DNA from: a virus
Lineage: Duplodnaviria > Caudoviricetes
Direction: 5' to 3' (one strand)
IMG/VR virus record: IMGVR_UViG_3300042885_001472
Length of the DNA stretch: 64,000 nucleotides
The notes under the pieces are model-generated. The model was not told the DNA's origin and ran no database searches. It was given only the letters and a program-made list of their open reading frames with translations. The translations under genes and the position numbers were made by a program. Below are positions 19,483 through 29,775 of the stretch, in pieces (the first letter of the stretch is position 1; the number at the start of each line of letters is the position of its first letter).

Positions 19483-19596
19483 AAAAATTATTTTTATTAA
19501 AAAAGTAACTTTTTATAAAGTATAGATACTTATTGAATAATAAACAATATTGTTACAATATTTTTATAACATCACAATAAAAAAAAATAACAAAAA

Positions 19597-20805
19597 ATGA
19601 CAAAATCAATAATTGAAGAAGCTCTTCTTGAAGCTGAAAAGATTCAAGAGTCCCTTAAGAAAAACACAAAAGAAATACTTGCCGCTACTATGAGACAAGA
19701 AATTGATAACATCGTTAAAGAGTCATTCTTATCTGAACAAGATGAAGACATGGATGTAACAGATGTTGTGGGCAACGAAGAGCTTGAAAATGTAGAAGTT
19801 CCCGAAGATGAATCTGGGGAAGAAACTAGTGATGATGAATTTGAAGAAACTTCTGAAGAAGGATCTGAAGATGACGCTAGTATGGATATGGATGTTCCTG
19901 AAATGGAAGATGAAATTTCTGATGACGAAGTATCTGATATGGATATGGATATGGGTGATGATGAATCACACGAAATCGATTTAACTAATGGTCCAATCCA
20001 AAATGTTATAAAAGTTTTCAAAAACATGAGTGACGAAGACGAAATTGAAATCGTTAAGGACGGTAAAAATGTTAATTTGAAAGATAATAAAACTGGTGCT
20101 GAATACCAAATCCAACTTGATGAATCTACTGAACCTATGTATGAAATCGAATTAGATGAAGAAGAAGGTGTATGTAATGAGTGTGACTCAAATATGTATG
20201 GCGAATCTGATGAACCTATGTATGAAATCGAATTAGATGAAGAAGATACTATGGTTGATGGTGAAGAAGACGAAGAGGAATCTGAGGTTCGTGAGAATAA
20301 ACAACACATCAGATATAATCGTAGTTCTACTTTTGGTAATAATATGAAAACTGGTGGTAAAATGGAAGAATCTTATAAAACCAAAATGAATCAATTGATT
20401 GGTGAAAACAAGAATCTTAAAGTTTTAGTGAAAGAGTATGAAAGTAAACAAGGTGAATATAAAAACGCTTTAAAAATTTTCAGAGATAAATTAAATGAAA
20501 TCGCTCTATTCAATACTAACTTAACATACGCCACTAAATTGTTTACTGAACATTCAACTACTAAACAAGAAAAGGCTAACATTTTGAAGAGATTTGATTC
20601 TGTAGTAGATCTTAAAGAATCTAAAAATCTTCATAAGTCAATTTCAGATGAATTAGTTACTAAAACTCCAATTAACGAATCTATAGATAAAAAAGTTAAT
20701 AAAACTGTTTCTAAAGGTTCTGTGATTAAAGAATCTACTGTTTATGTAGATCCTCAAATCAAAAACATTCAAAATTTAATGGATAAGTTAGATAATAGAG
20801 TGTAA
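19597..20805 (+). CDS. prohead core scaffold protein (T4 gp22-like)
   Basis: Acidic, coiled-coil C-terminus (LNEIALFNTNLTYATKLF); immediately upstream of the MCP. Confidence 0.85.
   Translation: MTKSIIEEALLEAEKIQESLKKNTKEILAATMRQEIDNIVKESFLSEQDEDMDVTDVVGNEELENVEVPEDESGEETSDDEFEETSEEGSEDDASMDMDVPEMEDEISDDEVSDMDMDMGDDESHEIDLTNGPIQNVIKVFKNMSDEDEIEIVKDGKNVNLKDNKTGAEYQIQLDESTEPMYEIELDEEEGVCNECDSNMYGESDEPMYEIELDEEDTMVDGEEDEEESEVRENKQHIRYNRSSTFGNNMKTGGKMEESYKTKMNQLIGENKNLKVLVKEYESKQGEYKNALKIFRDKLNEIALFNTNLTYATKLFTEHSTTKQEKANILKRFDSVVDLKESKNLHKSISDELVTKTPINESIDKKVNKTVSKGSVIKESTVYVDPQIKNIQNLMDKLDNRV
20131..20246 (+). repeat. 35 bp direct repeat within the scaffold gene (EPMYEIELDEE x2)
   Basis: gaacctatgtatgaaatcgaattagatgaagaaga at 20131-20165 and 20212-20246. 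Confidence 0.9.
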
Positions 20806-20849
20806 TAAAATAATAATAACAAAAAAAACAAAAACAAAAAGATAAAAAA

Positions 20850-22664
20850 ATGGGACATCTTTTAAATTCAGGCGAGGTTGGTAACATAGGGTTAGAACAC
20901 CTTAAACAAATCCGCGTAAAAACAATCAATAAATGGGACGAATTAGGCTTCTTAAAAGGTCTTAAAGGTCACGTTAGAGAAAACATCGCTCAGTTATATG
21001 AGAATCAAGCTTCTCACTTATTAAATGAGTCTACAACTGCAGGTGACGCATCAGGTTCTTTTGAAACTGTTGTATTTCCAATCGTAAGACGTGTATTCTC
21101 TAAATTATTAGCAAATGATATCGTTTCAGTTCAAGCGATGAATATGCCAATCGGTAAATTATTCTTCTTCGTACCAGTTACGTCTGACAGAAATAACTCT
21201 GGTGAATGGCAAGACATCCCTACAAGCTCAACGGCTCAAGGTGCTACATCTAAAAACCCGATCATTAGTGGTCAATTACCTGAGTGTGTAACAGGATTTA
21301 ACTGTTCAGTTGCAACTTTCTCAGTATGTGCTAAGTCATTATATGACCGATTTTATAATGATGGTTTATTCGATCATTCTAAAGGTACAGCAACAATTAA
21401 CATTGCAACTGGTACTCCGGTAGTATGGACAGCTTGTACAACTGGTAGTGAATTTACTCCTGGTACTACAGCAACTGCTTTTGATAGTTCAGTTAGAAAA
21501 CAAATTCTTGAAGTTGAAGGTTTCAACGGTGCTAATGCTGGAAGAATGGGTAACAATTCACCTGGTTCTGATTCTCCTAACGGAAACGAAATGGATTCTG
21601 AAGAATTTTTAGCTTCTTTATCTGTAGTAGCAGCTACTGCTATTTATGATAATGATGGTAAAATGGTTCTTAACTCTGGTGATGAAGTTCCATTCCGTGT
21701 GGTAACTCAAAAATACGGTAAAGGTATCGTAGCATATAACGACATTTGTGATGCTGTAGGTAAATTATACATTGAGGTTGATTTAACTCACCCTGCTTGT
21801 GTATCTTGTGGTACAAACACAATTGATGGTTATACTGGTGCTGAATCTGGTTGGACAGCGTCTACTGATTCATTCGTAGTTGGATGGAGACAATACAGTT
21901 CATTAGAACTTTCTACTGAAATGGGTGAGGTTTCTTTCCGTTTAGATGAGGTTGTAGTTTCTGTAACTGAAAGAAAGTTAAGAGCTAGCTGGTCTCCAGA
22001 ATTAGCACAAGACGTTTCAGCGTTCCATAACATTGATGCTGAAGCTGAATTAACAGCTTTATTATCTGAGCAAGTTGCTGCTGAAATTGATCGTGAGATT
22101 TTACGTGATTTACGTAAAGGTGCTGCTTGGCAATTACGTTGGGATTATAATGGTTGGAAACGTGTTGCAACTGTTGCGACTCCATATACTCAAAAAGAAT
22201 GGAATCAAACATTAATCACTAAATTAAATCAATTATCTGCTCAGATTCACAAATCTACTTTAAGAGGTGGTGCTAACTTTATCGTTGTATCTTCTGAAGT
22301 ATCTGCGATTTTTGATGATTTAGAATATTTCCACGTATCTAATGCTAATCCTGAACAAGATCAGTATAACATGGGTATTGAGAGAATTGGTAGTTTAGGT
22401 GGTCGTTACACAGTGTATCGTGATCCTTATGCTCCAGCTAACTCAATCATCATTGGTCACAAAGGTAAATCATTGTTAGACACTGGTTATATCTACGCAC
22501 CATATGTACCATTACAATTAACTCCAACGATGTATAATCCATTTAACTTCGCGCCAGTGAAGGGTATTATGACTCGTTACGCTAAGAAAATGGTAAATAA
22601 CCGTTTCTACGGACATGTTAGAGTTGACGGTATCCAAACATTTGATACAAGAGAATTACGATAG
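20850..22664 (+). CDS. gp23: major capsid protein (T4 gp23-like)
   Basis: FPIVRRVF, DIVSVQAMNMP, RKLRASWSPELAQD, EIDREI, YAPYVPL, GIMTRY; probable maturation site LNE60|S. Confidence 0.97.
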   Translation: MGHLLNSGEVGNIGLEHLKQIRVKTINKWDELGFLKGLKGHVRENIAQLYENQASHLLNESTTAGDASGSFETVVFPIVRRVFSKLLANDIVSVQAMNMPIGKLFFFVPVTSDRNNSGEWQDIPTSSTAQGATSKNPIISGQLPECVTGFNCSVATFSVCAKSLYDRFYNDGLFDHSKGTATINIATGTPVVWTACTTGSEFTPGTTATAFDSSVRKQILEVEGFNGANAGRMGNNSPGSDSPNGNEMDSEEFLASLSVVAATAIYDNDGKMVLNSGDEVPFRVVTQKYGKGIVAYNDICDAVGKLYIEVDLTHPACVSCGTNTIDGYTGAESGWTASTDSFVVGWRQYSSLELSTEMGEVSFRLDEVVVSVTERKLRASWSPELAQDVSAFHNIDAEAELTALLSEQVAAEIDREILRDLRKGAAWQLRWDYNGWKRVATVATPYTQKEWNQTLITKLNQLSAQIHKSTLRGGANFIVVSSEVSAIFDDLEYFHVSNANPEQDQYNMGIERIGSLGGRYTVYRDPYAPANSIIIGHKGKSLLDTGYIYAPYVPLQLTPTMYNPFNFAPVKGIMTRYAKKMVNNRFYGHVRVDGIQTFDTRELR

Positions 22665-22687
22665 TCGTAATTAACAATAACAAATAT

Positions 22688-22720
22688 AAAAAGGGTGATT
22701 AATAGTCACCCTTTTTTATT
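22688..22720 (+). terminator. intrinsic terminator after the MCP
   Basis: aaaaagggtga-ttaatag-tcacccttttt perfect 11 bp stem with U-tract. Confidence 0.9.
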
Positions 22721-22739
22721 TTAACGAATATTTATTCAT

Positions 22740-23489
22740 ATGGGAAAATATCAAAAATTTATATTAGAAGCTTTAGTAATTGACACTATTTCTAACATAT
22801 CGGAAGAAGATAAAAAATTGTTAAATTTACTACATAAATTATATGGTAAAAAAAGTTCTTGGATGTTAGATGTAAATGAAATTGTCAATTTTATTGAAGA
22901 AATTGGTTTTAGTTACACTAAATCTTTAAAATTAACTACTTACTACATTAAAAATAGAGATTTATTATTTACAGAATATTCCGATGTAAGTGGTAGTATT
23001 CACACATCAAAAATTTTATATAAATTTTTAGAAAAATATTTAGCGGATGATAGAATTAATAAATGGGGTGATTTGGTCAAAGAAAAAGTTGATAATAGTG
23101 AAGAATTTAAAAAATATGAAGATAAAGTAAAAATTAGTACCACATTATGGCAACATTATGGTGATCAAATTAGTTTCTTTATTTTTAATTATATAGACTA
23201 CCAAAATCCTTTAAATTGGAGTTGTTTAATAACGTATAGTTTTAAAGATTTAGAAAAAATGGATACGAATATTGATAGAATACCATTAAAAGTAAGTATA
23301 AAAAATATTGAAGGTAATTTTCCAGTTCCAGAATTGGAAGGGTCTTTTGATATGATTGACATACCAATAGATTTTGATGTTGAAGATATAAGTAAAAAAG
23401 ATATTCATAAAATCTTATTAGGTGATAAGAATTCTATAACATCAGATTTAGAAGAAAGATTAGGTCAAATAATGTCTTTTATTGACTAA
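22740..23489 (+). CDS. hypothetical protein
   Basis: ATATTTAT at 22728; leader ends FILE. Confidence 0.7.
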   Translation: MGKYQKFILEALVIDTISNISEEDKKLLNLLHKLYGKKSSWMLDVNEIVNFIEEIGFSYTKSLKLTTYYIKNRDLLFTEYSDVSGSIHTSKILYKFLEKYLADDRINKWGDLVKEKVDNSEEFKKYEDKVKISTTLWQHYGDQISFFIFNYIDYQNPLNWSCLITYSFKDLEKMDTNIDRIPLKVSIKNIEGNFPVPELEGSFDMIDIPIDFDVEDISKKDIHKILLGDKNSITSDLEERLGQIMSFID

Positions 23490-24891
23490 CAACTTCTTCA
23501 TTAACTATTAAAAATTTCATAGTATCCTTTAATACAGACACTTCTCTATTATTAACTAATTTAATATCTAAATAATATGTATTAGGTATCATCCAGGATG
23601 TATCTAACATAAAGAAATTGTGGTTAAACGCCTTATTAACGTTATCCCAATCAATCACAGTTACTTCAGCTGTACCCTCTTTAATGTATAACCTATAGTA
23701 TAACCCATTGATAATATCTGTTTGAGATATATCGTATGGTACTTTAGATGTTACCATTACTTTCCTAATATCCCCACGTAAAATTCTTTCATCTCGTTTA
23801 ATACCATAAATGGCGAATGAGTAGTTAATTGGAAGGTATTCGTTAGTACCTAAATTATACCAAGAATCATCATTAACTAAAGCGAATTCTAATTCAACAT
23901 CCGGTCTATTAATACCATTTATTGAAATATTTTTCCATACATCAGTGAATGTAACACAATCAGTATAACCACTGGATGGTACTATAGTTTTAACACAATA
24001 TACACCTTCCATCACTTGATTAACATCTGATGGTGATATGATAGTGAATAAATTATCATTATTATCGTATATCTCCACCGTAGGGACATTATCTAAGTTT
24101 GTTGGTCTATTACCTAGGTTAACATATAAACAAAGGTCGTTGACCTTATCTAAGTAAAATTTAGATCTATCATCGTTTATAATCCCATTATATTTAGTTT
24201 CAAGGAATGGTTCAAAATATGTTTGTGTCTGTTTAGTAAAAAACCCTACATAATTGTAATTTGGTGTTTGTAATAATTCAACATTAGAAGGAAAAGCTAA
24301 ACCAAAACCATAATTAATTGTAGTACCGGTAATCAAATCATTAATTGTACTAGTAATATCCATACATAAATTTTCATTACCAAAATCAAAATGTTGTGTT
24401 ACTATTGTTAACCCACTACTACTACCAGAATATACTCCAGGTATATTCCAATTATCTATACCTTGACTATAATACCAATTACTTGGGGTTATGTTATCCC
24501 CACCACAATCTGGTGAACAATTAACACAATTCTCACAATTATATGTGAATCCACAACCCTCATCCCAATCTTGTGGTATTGGGAATAGTATTAAATCAAA
24601 TGAACAAGCTCTTTGTTTTCCATCGGAAGTTTGTTTCCCAATTAGATCAGTATTTAACGCTGATGTATTAGTCATTTTAAGTGTGTGAACAACCTCACTT
24701 AAATTACCTAAATTCCCTAAACTATATTGTTCTTTTAATTTTTGAACATCAAAATACAATAAATGTCTACTAAATTTATTACTTTTACCCTCACCACCGT
24801 AAAATAATTCGGCCACAGGGTTTCTACCAGTGTTAATTTCACTACCACCAATGATAGTATTATCCTTTTCTATGTATGTCCTTATAATCAT
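23479..24891 (-). CDS. virion structural protein (beta-rich, Cys cluster)
   Basis: YIEKDNTI..NTGRNP, FSRHLLYFD, WDEG; CGFTYNCENCVNCSPDC; late-type motif upstream at 24906. Confidence 0.7.
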   Translation of the reverse strand: MIIRTYIEKDNTIIGGSEINTGRNPVAELFYGGEGKSNKFSRHLLYFDVQKLKEQYSLGNLGNLSEVVHTLKMTNTSALNTDLIGKQTSDGKQRACSFDLILFPIPQDWDEGCGFTYNCENCVNCSPDCGGDNITPSNWYYSQGIDNWNIPGVYSGSSSGLTIVTQHFDFGNENLCMDITSTINDLITGTTINYGFGLAFPSNVELLQTPNYNYVGFFTKQTQTYFEPFLETKYNGIINDDRSKFYLDKVNDLCLYVNLGNRPTNLDNVPTVEIYDNNDNLFTIISPSDVNQVMEGVYCVKTIVPSSGYTDCVTFTDVWKNISINGINRPDVELEFALVNDDSWYNLGTNEYLPINYSFAIYGIKRDERILRGDIRKVMVTSKVPYDISQTDIINGLYYRLYIKEGTAEVTVIDWDNVNKAFNHNFFMLDTSWMIPNTYYLDIKLVNNREVSVLKDTMKFLIVNEEVVSQ

Positions 24892-24905
24892 TACTAATTT
24901 ATTAT

Positions 24906-24913
24906 ATAAATAT
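24906..24913 (-). promoter_or_regulatory. putative late promoter ATATTTAT
   Basis: ataaatat on the + strand, 14 nt upstream of the minus-strand start at 24891. Confidence 0.5.
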
Positions 24914-24923
24914 TAGTAATTAA

Positions 24924-25835
24924 TTAATTAGTCCTTACATTATTGTTTAAAATACTATTTAAATCAAAATTTAATAAGTTATTTAAATTTTCTTCCGGAT
25001 CTGACACCATCGCGTGATAAGGGTGAATATGTGTTGACGCGAAATTTTTAATTAATTGTAAAAAATCAACTAAAATGTCACCAAATGGTATGGGGTGTGT
25101 ATTCATATTGATATATGATTGATCTTTATTGGTAATCATATCTGTACGATTTGTTAAAACAAATTTACTGGATGTATTCCCCCTATGACTTAATAAATTA
25201 ATATAATTACTAACGACATTAATATTACTACCAATCGTATTACTATCCGGTGTGACATCAAGATCTTCGGTGGTTAGATAACGTAGTTGAATGTATGATG
25301 GGTCTTTACCGTTAAATTGTGTGGGTTTATTTGGTATAAACTTACCAGCTCTAAGTATTACCTCTTTATTTTTTAAAGTAATGTCAGTATTATTCCTACC
25401 TTGTATGGAAATAAACTCTTTACTAGGATAAATACCGGTAGCGTCAGCTTTAGCGTCAATACTGGTATCTAAAGCGATATAACCTGTTGGTAAATCTGAA
25501 AATGAACTGGTGTAATCACTACCCTTTAATACTTGTGGTTGTGGTATCCATGGTCCAATCCAAAATCTTGTCGCACTATTAGATGATTGGTTACCATTAG
25601 AAATAGCTGTAACTAATACGGTAACCCGTTCATTAATTTTGGGGTAAATATTTAAATACTTTGGTAATAATGGTAAAGCTATCGGTAATTCCTCATCTGG
25701 GATATTACCATCAATATCTAACCTAACTTTAATTTGACCAGTGTTATAATCATCTTTTAATGATACAACTCTACCATCAAACAATATTTGTGTTTTAAAA
25801 TTTCTTATAGAATTTTCACCAAGACCGTTTATCAT
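24924..25835 (-). CDS. baseplate hub/central spike protein (gp5/gpV-like)
   Basis: OB-fold N-terminus GRVVSLKDD..GQIKVRL..P.INERV; beta-helix-like QGRNNTDI; C-terminal THIHP (HxH). Confidence 0.7.
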   Translation of the reverse strand: MINGLGENSIRNFKTQILFDGRVVSLKDDYNTGQIKVRLDIDGNIPDEELPIALPLLPKYLNIYPKINERVTVLVTAISNGNQSSNSATRFWIGPWIPQPQVLKGSDYTSSFSDLPTGYIALDTSIDAKADATGIYPSKEFISIQGRNNTDITLKNKEVILRAGKFIPNKPTQFNGKDPSYIQLRYLTTEDLDVTPDSNTIGSNINVVSNYINLLSHRGNTSSKFVLTNRTDMITNKDQSYINMNTHPIPFGDILVDFLQLIKNFASTHIHPYHAMVSDPEENLNNLLNFDLNSILNNNVRTN

Positions 25836-26044
25836 TCAATACCTCTTTTTTTAAGTTCTTCTTTACCTTTGTTATAAACTTTTTCTAAAATTTCTAATTT
25901 ATCACAAATTTTTATTATTTCTTCTTTTAAGAAATCGTATTCTATTTTTATCTCCTTAATCTTAACATTAATACTAGTGTTAGATAAGTCATTAAAATCA
26001 TTATTGTATAATTCCATAACCTTGTGTATAATTTGTTGTAACAC
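25832..26044 (-). CDS. small coiled-coil protein (likely start ATG 26017)
   Basis: Coupled to neighbouring genes by overlaps. Confidence 0.6.
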   Translation of the reverse strand: MLQQIIHKVMELYNNDFNDLSNTSINVKIKEIKIEYDFLKEEIIKICDKLEILEKVYNKGKEELKKRGIE

Positions 26045-26393
26045 CCTGACTTATAACAGGACCACCGGCATTACCACCAACAGCTGTTATTGGTGTTCCA
26101 GCGGGAATTACTACCGTTATTTTAGCTTCACTTATTAACGCGTTTACAATTTCTTCAATTCGTACTCGTTCCATTTTCTCATCAACACTTTCAGCGCCAG
26201 ATGGTAAATTACCAATAGGAGCACCAGCTTCACTTTTTCTTGTGATAATTCTGGTTGTAATCATCCTAGCGTTCATACCAGGTCGTTGACCTCCACCCAC
26301 TAAAATTAATGGTGGTGGTATTGTTGGTACAATAGTAATACTTGTTTTCAACAACGCACCAATTACGTCTAATACTGATGTTAAATTTTTCAT
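26001..26393 (-). CDS. hypothetical baseplate-region protein
   Basis: Pro/Gly-rich; VVIPAGTPITAVGGNAGGPV. Confidence 0.7.
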   Translation of the reverse strand: MKNLTSVLDVIGALLKTSITIVPTIPPPLILVGGGQRPGMNARMITTRIITRKSEAGAPIGNLPSGAESVDEKMERVRIEEIVNALISEAKITVVIPAGTPITAVGGNAGGPVISQGVTTNYTQGYGIIQ

Positions 26394-27817
26394 ATCCCTA
26401 TACCTAAAGAAGCTATTTTATTTATCAATTCTATTTGATCAAATTTAGCTTTACCAGATAATCCGGCTAAACTAAGTTGATATTGTTTTTGTGTTTGTTT
26501 AAGATTTTTAGTGAAGTTACAAATTATCAATTCTTTTAACACATTGAATAAAAAAGATAATAATGTTTTTTGTATAGTATCAATAATAATCTTTTTAACC
26601 ATATCAAGATAAAACTTTAAATTAGTTTTAATGAATTCTTTTAAATCGTTAAAGTTTAATGTATTATAAGCCAACTTCAAATAGATACAAAATATTAATA
26701 TCATAGCTGGCCCTGCGATTGATTTTAAAATAACTAAAACTAACCCTTTAATTAAATTTAAGAAAAATGTTAACTCACCAAGTTTTTTATTTTCATCACC
26801 AACATTTTCAGTTGATTCATCAGCTAATATTTTTAAATGTTTTGTTAGTATAGTTTTTCTTTCACCTGAAGTAGTAGCGCCACTAAGAGAAACTAATAAA
26901 TCTTGAATAGAACTAAGGTTAACTTTAGATGGGGCGTATTCACATTCTTTTAAAATAACAGTCCCATTCTGTAACTCTAAAGCTCTTTCTTCTATTTTAA
27001 AACGTTCTTCATTTGAAAACTCTATGAATGTATTATCTAACTCAACTTGAGTATCATCATAATTTGATAAAATTTTATTCATTAATGTTTCAAATTCAGC
27101 ATCTTGTTTTAATGTAATGAAATTTTTTCCAGCCACACTTGATATTGTACCGAACACAGTGTTAATAATATTTGGGACTGTATTTGCTTCCGGTAAAAAT
27201 CTTATTGAATCAATAAATTTATTTAAAAATGTGAATACACTTTTATTAGTATACGATGGATCTATTTTAATATTAATTACATCATTTTTTACCTCACCAT
27301 CAACAATACCTGTTGGTGAATAAGTCACAATTAATAAATTTTTCCAATTATTTGGTGTACCTAATTCTACCGTATCACTTAAAAAATAATTAAAATCTTT
27401 ATTTGGATCACCGAATAAAATTGATCCTTCAACGGAATCCGGATTAACCTTAAGTATGTTGAAAAAATCAATTCTACTTAAATCAACATCAATACCAGTA
27501 GTGATTAAATCCATTGGTATTGTTGGACTAATACTACAAGAAAAAACTTCTTTAATTAAAGTTTTTAATACTTTTTTAATAGCTAATTCAAACCCCTCCA
27601 TTTCATAACTTAACATATTAATTAACTTATCTTTTAAAGCTTCTAAACCAACTACACTCTTAATTAAATCCATTAAAAAAGCGATAACATCTAAAAGTTT
27701 ATTTATTGATGGTAATGAATTGGATAATTTTAAATTAGGGAATCCATCACAACTAGCTTTAAAGGCCAATATCTCCTGTACAACTTTTAGTTTACCTTTT
27801 ACCGCGTCTTTTTTCAT
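26390..27817 (-). CDS. hypothetical structural-region protein (475 aa)
   Basis: Long ORF in the baseplate operon. Confidence 0.75.
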   Translation of the reverse strand: MKKDAVKGKLKVVQEILAFKASCDGFPNLKLSNSLPSINKLLDVIAFLMDLIKSVVGLEALKDKLINMLSYEMEGFELAIKKVLKTLIKEVFSCSISPTIPMDLITTGIDVDLSRIDFFNILKVNPDSVEGSILFGDPNKDFNYFLSDTVELGTPNNWKNLLIVTYSPTGIVDGEVKNDVINIKIDPSYTNKSVFTFLNKFIDSIRFLPEANTVPNIINTVFGTISSVAGKNFITLKQDAEFETLMNKILSNYDDTQVELDNTFIEFSNEERFKIEERALELQNGTVILKECEYAPSKVNLSSIQDLLVSLSGATTSGERKTILTKHLKILADESTENVGDENKKLGELTFFLNLIKGLVLVILKSIAGPAMILIFCIYLKLAYNTLNFNDLKEFIKTNLKFYLDMVKKIIIDTIQKTLLSFLFNVLKELIICNFTKNLKQTQKQYQLSLAGLSGKAKFDQIELINKIASLGIGI

Positions 27818-27821
27818 GGGT

Positions 27822-28205
27822 TTATTCTAATTCAAAATCAACATCTTTTTTTATTTTTTGTTCCTTCATCATATCTCTAAGTAATTTTTTATCATCATCT
27901 GTTAAAGCTTTTGGTGAATTAACTTTTTCTTCACTTTGATTATTATTCATTAATATTTGAGCCTGTAATTTAGCCAATGTTAATTTTTTATCAATAGCTG
28001 AGTCAATAATTTTCAAAGATTCATTATTCACTTTACCAAGTTGATACATATCATTTGAATCTTCAATTTTGAGTTGAGTTTTTCGTTCAGTAATATCCCC
28101 TTGGGCTTTTCTTTGTACGGAGACACAGTCATTATAAATTTCCTGCATCAAACCAGACATACTATCTACATCTAATTTTATTTTGGTTTTTTTAGGTCTT
28201 GGCAT
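27822..28205 (-). CDS. helical hypothetical protein
   Basis: ATATTTAT upstream (28222-28229, minus strand). Confidence 0.7.
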   Translation of the reverse strand: MPRPKKTKIKLDVDSMSGLMQEIYNDCVSVQRKAQGDITERKTQLKIEDSNDMYQLGKVNNESLKIIDSAIDKKLTLAKLQAQILMNNNQSEEKVNSPKALTDDDKKLLRDMMKEQKIKKDVDFELE

Positions 28206-28241
28206 ATCATTTCTATTTATAATAAATATATAATTAATGAT

Positions 28242-28973
28242 TTATAATAAACCTTTTTCTAATCTATCGTTTTTTATGAATTTATATAACTCTTTATATT
28301 TTTTCATAGCTATTCTGATATCTTTCGTATTCAATAATGTATATTCCCGGATATGTGATAAAATACGATTTTTATTGAATTTAGAACTACCTGAGATGTT
28401 ATCATCCAGTATGTTTTCCCAACTATTCAATAATTCAAGTAAGGCTTCCCCCACTTTTATCTCATTTTCAGACATCTTCTTATCACCATTAATCCTACCT
28501 CTAATTTTATTAGATATTTCCTTAAAAAATTCCTCAATACTACCATTAGGGTTATCTATAGTATAACTATAACTTTCATTCTCATCTATATTAGTATGTA
28601 AATCTTCATAGGATGAAAATTGTCGAATATCTTTATCATACTTAATAATTTTACCTAATAAATAGTTTTTAACGATAGTTCCATAGTAAGAATAAGCTTT
28701 CTTATTCTCACCTGGATCAAATTTATCGAATTTAGTCATTAAGAAAGATAAGGTATCACTATGTAAATCCTCAAAAGACATATCTTTTGAATATAATTTA
28801 TATCTTCTGATAATACTTTCAATCATCGTATTTAATGGTTTCCTTAAATAGGAATCATAAATCTTTGATTTTTTAACCTGATCTGTTTCTTCTATGAATT
28901 TAACTACCGCTTTTTCTTGTTCAACACCAAAATATGGAGTTCCAGAAGATACTTTTTTTTGGGGTTCTAACAT
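28242..28973 (-). CDS. gp55: phage RNA polymerase sigma factor (T4 gp55-like late sigma)
   Basis: Region 2-like LNTMIESIIRRYK..DLHSDTLSFLMTKFDKFDPGENKKAYSYYGTIVKNYL; no region 4 HTH recognised. Confidence 0.75.
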   Translation of the reverse strand: MLEPQKKVSSGTPYFGVEQEKAVVKFIEETDQVKKSKIYDSYLRKPLNTMIESIIRRYKLYSKDMSFEDLHSDTLSFLMTKFDKFDPGENKKAYSYYGTIVKNYLLGKIIKYDKDIRQFSSYEDLHTNIDENESYSYTIDNPNGSIEEFFKEISNKIRGRINGDKKMSENEIKVGEALLELLNSWENILDDNISGSSKFNKNRILSHIREYTLLNTKDIRIAMKKYKELYKFIKNDRLEKGLL

Positions 28974-28982
28974 CTTTCACCA

Positions 28983-29774
28983 TTAAATTAGGGGACTATA
29001 TGTTATGTTTCTATCTTGATTAAAGAAATATTCTTTTTTGGCTAAATTCATCCAAAATCTGGCTTCATCTGGGTTAATAAAATCTTTATAACCTTTAAAT
29101 AATGAACCATCTCTTTGGTTAGTATGTTTATAACCTAATTTAGGAATAACCATAGTGCCACAACTATTATGTGTCATTCTTAATAAGAATTCATAAATAA
29201 AACTTAATTTCATTGAAGCTTTATAACCACCACATTCTTTATATTTTTCTGTTTTAATAACCATACCACTAGTATTGAAATTAGGGTAAGCTTGAATTGT
29301 ATTCTCATCTAAGAAACCAATTTCTTCAGAGAAATCTTTAGCCCAAACCGGTTCATTGGTGAAGGATAAGAAATTACCATTAGGATCTGTCTCAACAACT
29401 AACGGTAAGAAAAGATCATTATTAGGATAAGCTCCAATGTATTCTTGGACATTCTTAAACCAAATTTTAGAATATTCATCATCAGCTTCTAAAACACTGA
29501 AAAATTCAGTATCAATATTTTCAACACCAAAATTAACTTGTGATGCGAAATCTTCTTTACCAGTTGTATTTTCAACAACTTTAACCATATCTTTAATAGT
29601 TCCAAAATCAATAGATTCTATTTGAGTTTTTAACTCTTCATTTGGTGTTCTAACAATTAATACCATGTCAGGTTTTACAACCTGATTTTCTACACTCTTA
29701 ATTGCGTTTTTTAACCAATTAACCAAATTATTTTCGGTTGTATGGATTGGGATTATTACACTTACTTTACTCAT
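28983..29774 (-). CDS. glycosyltransferase family 2 (GT-A)
   Basis: VSVIIPIH, VNFGVE, FSVLEADDEY. Confidence 0.85.
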   Translation of the reverse strand: MSKVSVIIPIHTTENNLVNWLKNAIKSVENQVVKPDMVLIVRTPNEELKTQIESIDFGTIKDMVKVVENTTGKEDFASQVNFGVENIDTEFFSVLEADDEYSKIWFKNVQEYIGAYPNNDLFLPLVVETDPNGNFLSFTNEPVWAKDFSEEIGFLDENTIQAYPNFNTSGMVIKTEKYKECGGYKASMKLSFIYEFLLRMTHNSCGTMVIPKLGYKHTNQRDGSLFKGYKDFINPDEARFWMNLAKKEYFFNQDRNITYSPLI

Positions 29775-29775
29775 C

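Noticed and set aside
27822-28205. Small terminase subunit
   Set aside because: Size and helical character fit, but no gp16 motif could be confirmed by eye and it is far from terL; left as hypothetical.
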